Origin: an uncultured virus (IMG/VR IMGVR_UViG_3300009151_000055)
Taxonomy: Duplodnaviria > Heunggongvirae > Uroviricota > Caudoviricetes
DNA length: 20,000 nt
Virus record (IMG/VR): IMGVR_UViG_3300009151_000055
Span: 58,123-78,122 of that record
Reading direction: 5' to 3' (one strand)
Made by a program: the position numbers and the translations under genes. Positions 17,851-20,000 of this stretch are shown here, piece after piece. Position 1 is the stretch's first letter, and every line of letters starts with the position of its first letter. The notes beneath the pieces were generated by a model. That model was not told where the DNA came from. It saw nothing but the letters and a program-made list of their open reading frames with translations, and made no database searches.

Positions 17851-17972
17851 AAATATTGAGAGAGTGCATGAACACGAGGGCTATGTTAATTCTAGATGAA
17901 TGCATAGGTAGTAAGTAGACACTTTGGGAGGACTAGCTATCCTCCCCTCTCACTTTTTTAAAAAACAATAAA

Positions 17973-18110
17973 ATGAGAAAAACACCAAGTCTTATTAAGC
18001 AAATCATGGAGAAATCTAAAAAAGATCCATGGTATGTAAAACTAAAAAGAAGAATAAGATTAAAATTATTCATTTTTAAATGTTCTATAAAGCAATGGTG
18101 GTGGAAATAA
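17973..18110 (+). CDS. Small basic protein (45 aa, not in ORF track)
   Basis: MRKTPSLIKQIMEKSKKDPWYVKLKRRIRLKLFIFKCSIKQWWWK* with an A-rich leader. Confidence 0.45.
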   Translation: MRKTPSLIKQIMEKSKKDPWYVKLKRRIRLKLFIFKCSIKQWWWK

Positions 18111-18113
18111 ATT

Positions 18114-18258
18114 GATGGAGTGGCGGAAGGTGTTAGGGGTGTCCTCTAACGTGGTAGACGCTATTATCTGAGAGGGTGCTTGTGAGTAGTATGCAAAACT
18201 ACATAGATACAAGTGTTATAGAAGCACCACATTGTGGGTTCAAATCCCACCTCCATCA
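18114..18258 (+). tRNA. Aberrant, enlarged tRNA-like element (Leu-type D arm, expanded anticodon domain)
   Basis: Acceptor GATGGAG/CTCCATC+A, D arm TGGCGGAA...TGGTAGACGC, T arm GTGGG-TTCAAAT-CCCAC; 145 nt. Confidence 0.7.
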
Positions 18259-18348
18259 CATAGTTATTTGGGTGCTTATCCAGTAACTTTTGATAATGTG
18301 TCCCAGTCTGTTGTGGATCGCAACCACTCAGAACATCTCTTATCAAGT

Positions 18349-18447
18349 AATGTAGTGGCGGAATTGGTATACGCAGCTCTATAAACGGGTGGAAGTAATA
18401 ACATTGAAAACAGCTTCTAAATGCAGGTTCGAGTCCTGCCTACATTG
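18349..18447 (+). tRNA. tRNA-Leu-like element with a non-canonical anticodon arm (possibly TAA)
   Basis: Acceptor AATGTAG/CTACATT, D arm TGGCGGAATTGGTATACGC, long variable arm GAAGT/GCTTC, T arm GCAGG-TTCGAGT-CCTGC. Confidence 0.7.
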
Positions 18448-18547
18448 CAGACTTTCATCTAAGGCTACACTGAGAACTGATGAAACTTGTTGGTAGCTGT
18501 AGACTACACGAACAAGGGTGATATAAGAATCCCACTTACCTATCAAT

Positions 18548-18574
18548 GAGGAGTACCAAAGCTCCTCTCTTTTT
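18548..18574 (+). terminator. Intrinsic terminator closing the tRNA-like cluster
   Basis: GAGGAG-TACCAAAG-CTCCTC-TCTTTTT. Confidence 0.65.
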
Positions 18575-18593
18575 AAACTTTTAAAACAGAAAT

Positions 18594-18797
18594 ATGAAAA
18601 AAATGAAAATGTTAGTAGTTTTGTTATTAATTAGTGCATCGTTGTTTGCTGTGCCAATGACAATTAATGTGTGTAAGGTTTGTGGAAACACAGATGGTTA
18701 TCCACAATATGCTGCTCATAATCCACTTGTACATGGGTATAAAGCCTTTGTAAGGTGGTGGAACAGCACAGATTTTATGTTTGACTTTAATATGTAA
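18594..18797 (+). CDS. Small secreted protein with signal peptide
   Basis: MKKMKMLVVLLLISASLFA signal-peptide-like N-terminus followed by CKVC. Confidence 0.6.
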   Translation: MKKMKMLVVLLLISASLFAVPMTINVCKVCGNTDGYPQYAAHNPLVHGYKAFVRWWNSTDFMFDFNM

Positions 18798-18802
18798 AAA
18801 AT

Positions 18803-18828
18803 AAAGGGAGTGTAAAAGCTCCCTTTTT
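18803..18828 (+). terminator. Intrinsic terminator
   Basis: AAAGGGAG-TGTAAAAG-CTCCCTTTTT. Confidence 0.7.
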
Positions 18829-18841
18829 AAATTTTAAAATT

Positions 18842-19060
18842 ATGAATAGACCAATTAAGGAAACTTACACTGTATCGTTAACGTTTAATGACATTGATTC
18901 AGATAATCCATTAGAAGCTGTGAAAAAAATAATTGGATGGATTAAAGACGATGGGGTAGATTATATGATTTTTGATGTTATTGGTGAAACCAGTAATAAT
19001 AAATTCACGGTTGATATGTCAGAAGAAGAAGAAGATGCAGTATTACCAAACAATGAATAA
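18842..19060 (+). CDS. Hypothetical protein
   Basis: 72 aa ORF. Confidence 0.65.
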   Translation: MNRPIKETYTVSLTFNDIDSDNPLEAVKKIIGWIKDDGVDYMIFDVIGETSNNKFTVDMSEEEEDAVLPNNE

Positions 19061-19352
19061 ATTTAAAATTATGAGCATACCAACAGCAAAAGAATTTGTA
19101 CTAAATCAAAATGATGGATACTTAGCAGGAGATTACACTCCTAATGAAGTATATCGTATCATGATTGGATTTGCTAAATTACACGTAAAAGCAGCATTGA
19201 AATCAGCAAGTGAAAAAGCTTATGTAGAATATGTTGACTTAGAGACTAATGAAATATTTGATTATACAGATGTAATTACAGATGATAATGTAGGAGCTGA
19301 TGTAAATGTAAAATCAATATTAAAAGCTTACCCATTAAACAATATAAAATGA
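19053..19352 (+). CDS. Hypothetical protein
   Basis: ORF track 18972..19352, likely start 19053 or 19071; MIGFAKLHVKAALKSASEKA...SILKAYPL resembles Bacteroidota-phage hypotheticals. Confidence 0.65.
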   Translation: MNKFKIMSIPTAKEFVLNQNDGYLAGDYTPNEVYRIMIGFAKLHVKAALKSASEKAYVEYVDLETNEIFDYTDVITDDNVGADVNVKSILKAYPLNNIK

Positions 19353-19891
19353 AAAATATACATTTATTGCCCACAGATAAACCAAGTAGGTTAAGCTACT
19401 TTCAAGGTAAATTACTTTTTGATAAAGAAGAATTTTATAAAACATTTATAAGTCAAAACATCTACATCATTTCTTCAGAAGAAATTAAAAAAGGAGATTA
19501 TGTACTTAGTGGAACTAATACAATGATTAAATGCATGTATCCTAATAATGTAGTTGATAGAGATGTTAAAAAAATCATCCTAACAACAGACCAAGACTTA
19601 ATCAATGATGGTGTACAAGCCATTGATGATGAGTTCTTAGAATGGTTCATTAAAAACCCAACTTGTGAGGAAATAGAAATTAAATTAGTAGAATTTGAAG
19701 TTGATATGGAATTAGGTGAATCGTGTATAGAATATGGTAGTTATTATAAAATAATATTTCCAAGAGAACAACCTTATCAAGAGTTATTTGACTACTTAGC
19801 AAATGAATTAGGTGTTAATGCACTTTTAACTCAAATGCAAGAAATTGAAACAATAGTTATGTCAAAACAAAAACAAATAAGTTATGAATAA
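19349..19891 (+). CDS. Hypothetical protein (YI.S.EEIK.GD...KKII.TTD family)
   Basis: 180 aa; motifs recurrent in Bacteroidota phage accessory genes. Confidence 0.7.
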   Translation: MKNIHLLPTDKPSRLSYFQGKLLFDKEEFYKTFISQNIYIISSEEIKKGDYVLSGTNTMIKCMYPNNVVDRDVKKIILTTDQDLINDGVQAIDDEFLEWFIKNPTCEEIEIKLVEFEVDMELGESCIEYGSYYKIIFPREQPYQELFDYLANELGVNALLTQMQEIETIVMSKQKQISYE

Positions 19892-20000
19892 AGCAATGCA
19901 AGAATTAATTGATTGGGCAAAATCCTTACAATACAATCAGCAACAATGTATAGATTGGATAGTAATTAAAGATAAAGCAGAACAATTACTTGAAAAAGAA
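19884..20000 (+). CDS. Hypothetical protein, truncated by the window end
   Basis: MNKAMQELIDWAKSLQYNQQQCIDWIVIKDKAEQLLEKE... is open to the window edge. Confidence 0.55.
   Translation, partial: MNKAMQELIDWAKSLQYNQQQCIDWIVIKDKAEQLLEKE

Noticed and set aside
17885..17901. Amber-suppressor anticodon loop TTCTAGA in the cloverleaf-like element
   Set aside because: The flanking stem is mismatched and D/T consensus bases are absent; genes show no sign of TAG reassignment
11426..18346. Minus-strand ORFs 11426..11629, 12364..12564, 12789..12971, 14111..14398, 15762..16202, 16591..16773, 16737..16934 and 18164..18346
   Set aside because: Antisense to better-supported genes or structured RNAs, with no supporting promoter or motif
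18477..18520. Hammerhead ribozyme (CTGATGA core)
   Set aside because: No GAAA after a stem II and no stem III/UH arrangement; GATGAAA pairs with the upstream TTTCATC instead
1..20000. CRISPR array, integrase, transposase, intron or intein
   Set aside because: No regularly spaced direct repeats or relevant motifs were seen; TerL and MCP are uninterrupted

Overview
AT-rich phage DNA, most likely a crAss-like (Crassvirales-type) or related large Bacteroidota podophage, read in the standard genetic code. The left half (1-10.7 kb, minus strand) is a conserved virion morphogenesis operon: wHTH protein, HU/IHF-like protein, Cys-rich protein, several small ORFs, terminase large subunit, portal, acidic scaffold-like protein, major capsid protein and the conserved post-capsid gene. 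A homopolymer-rich strand switch at about 10.8 kb leads into a plus-strand accessory region of short hypothetical ORFs, with one antisense holin-like gene missed by the ORF track. The most striking content is non-coding. At 11.3-13.5 kb there is a run of large multi-stem, pseudoknot-rich putative RNAs, one ending in a minimal tRNA-like acceptor/T-arm module. At 17.85-18.57 kb there is a cluster of aberrant tRNA-like elements: one with a hairpin inserted in its D-loop and a swollen anticodon domain, one Leu-like with a broken anticodon arm, and a repeated anticodon-stem-loop-like motif. All RNA structures were identified by eye from complementarity, not computed; protein calls rest on motifs and gene order, not database searches.
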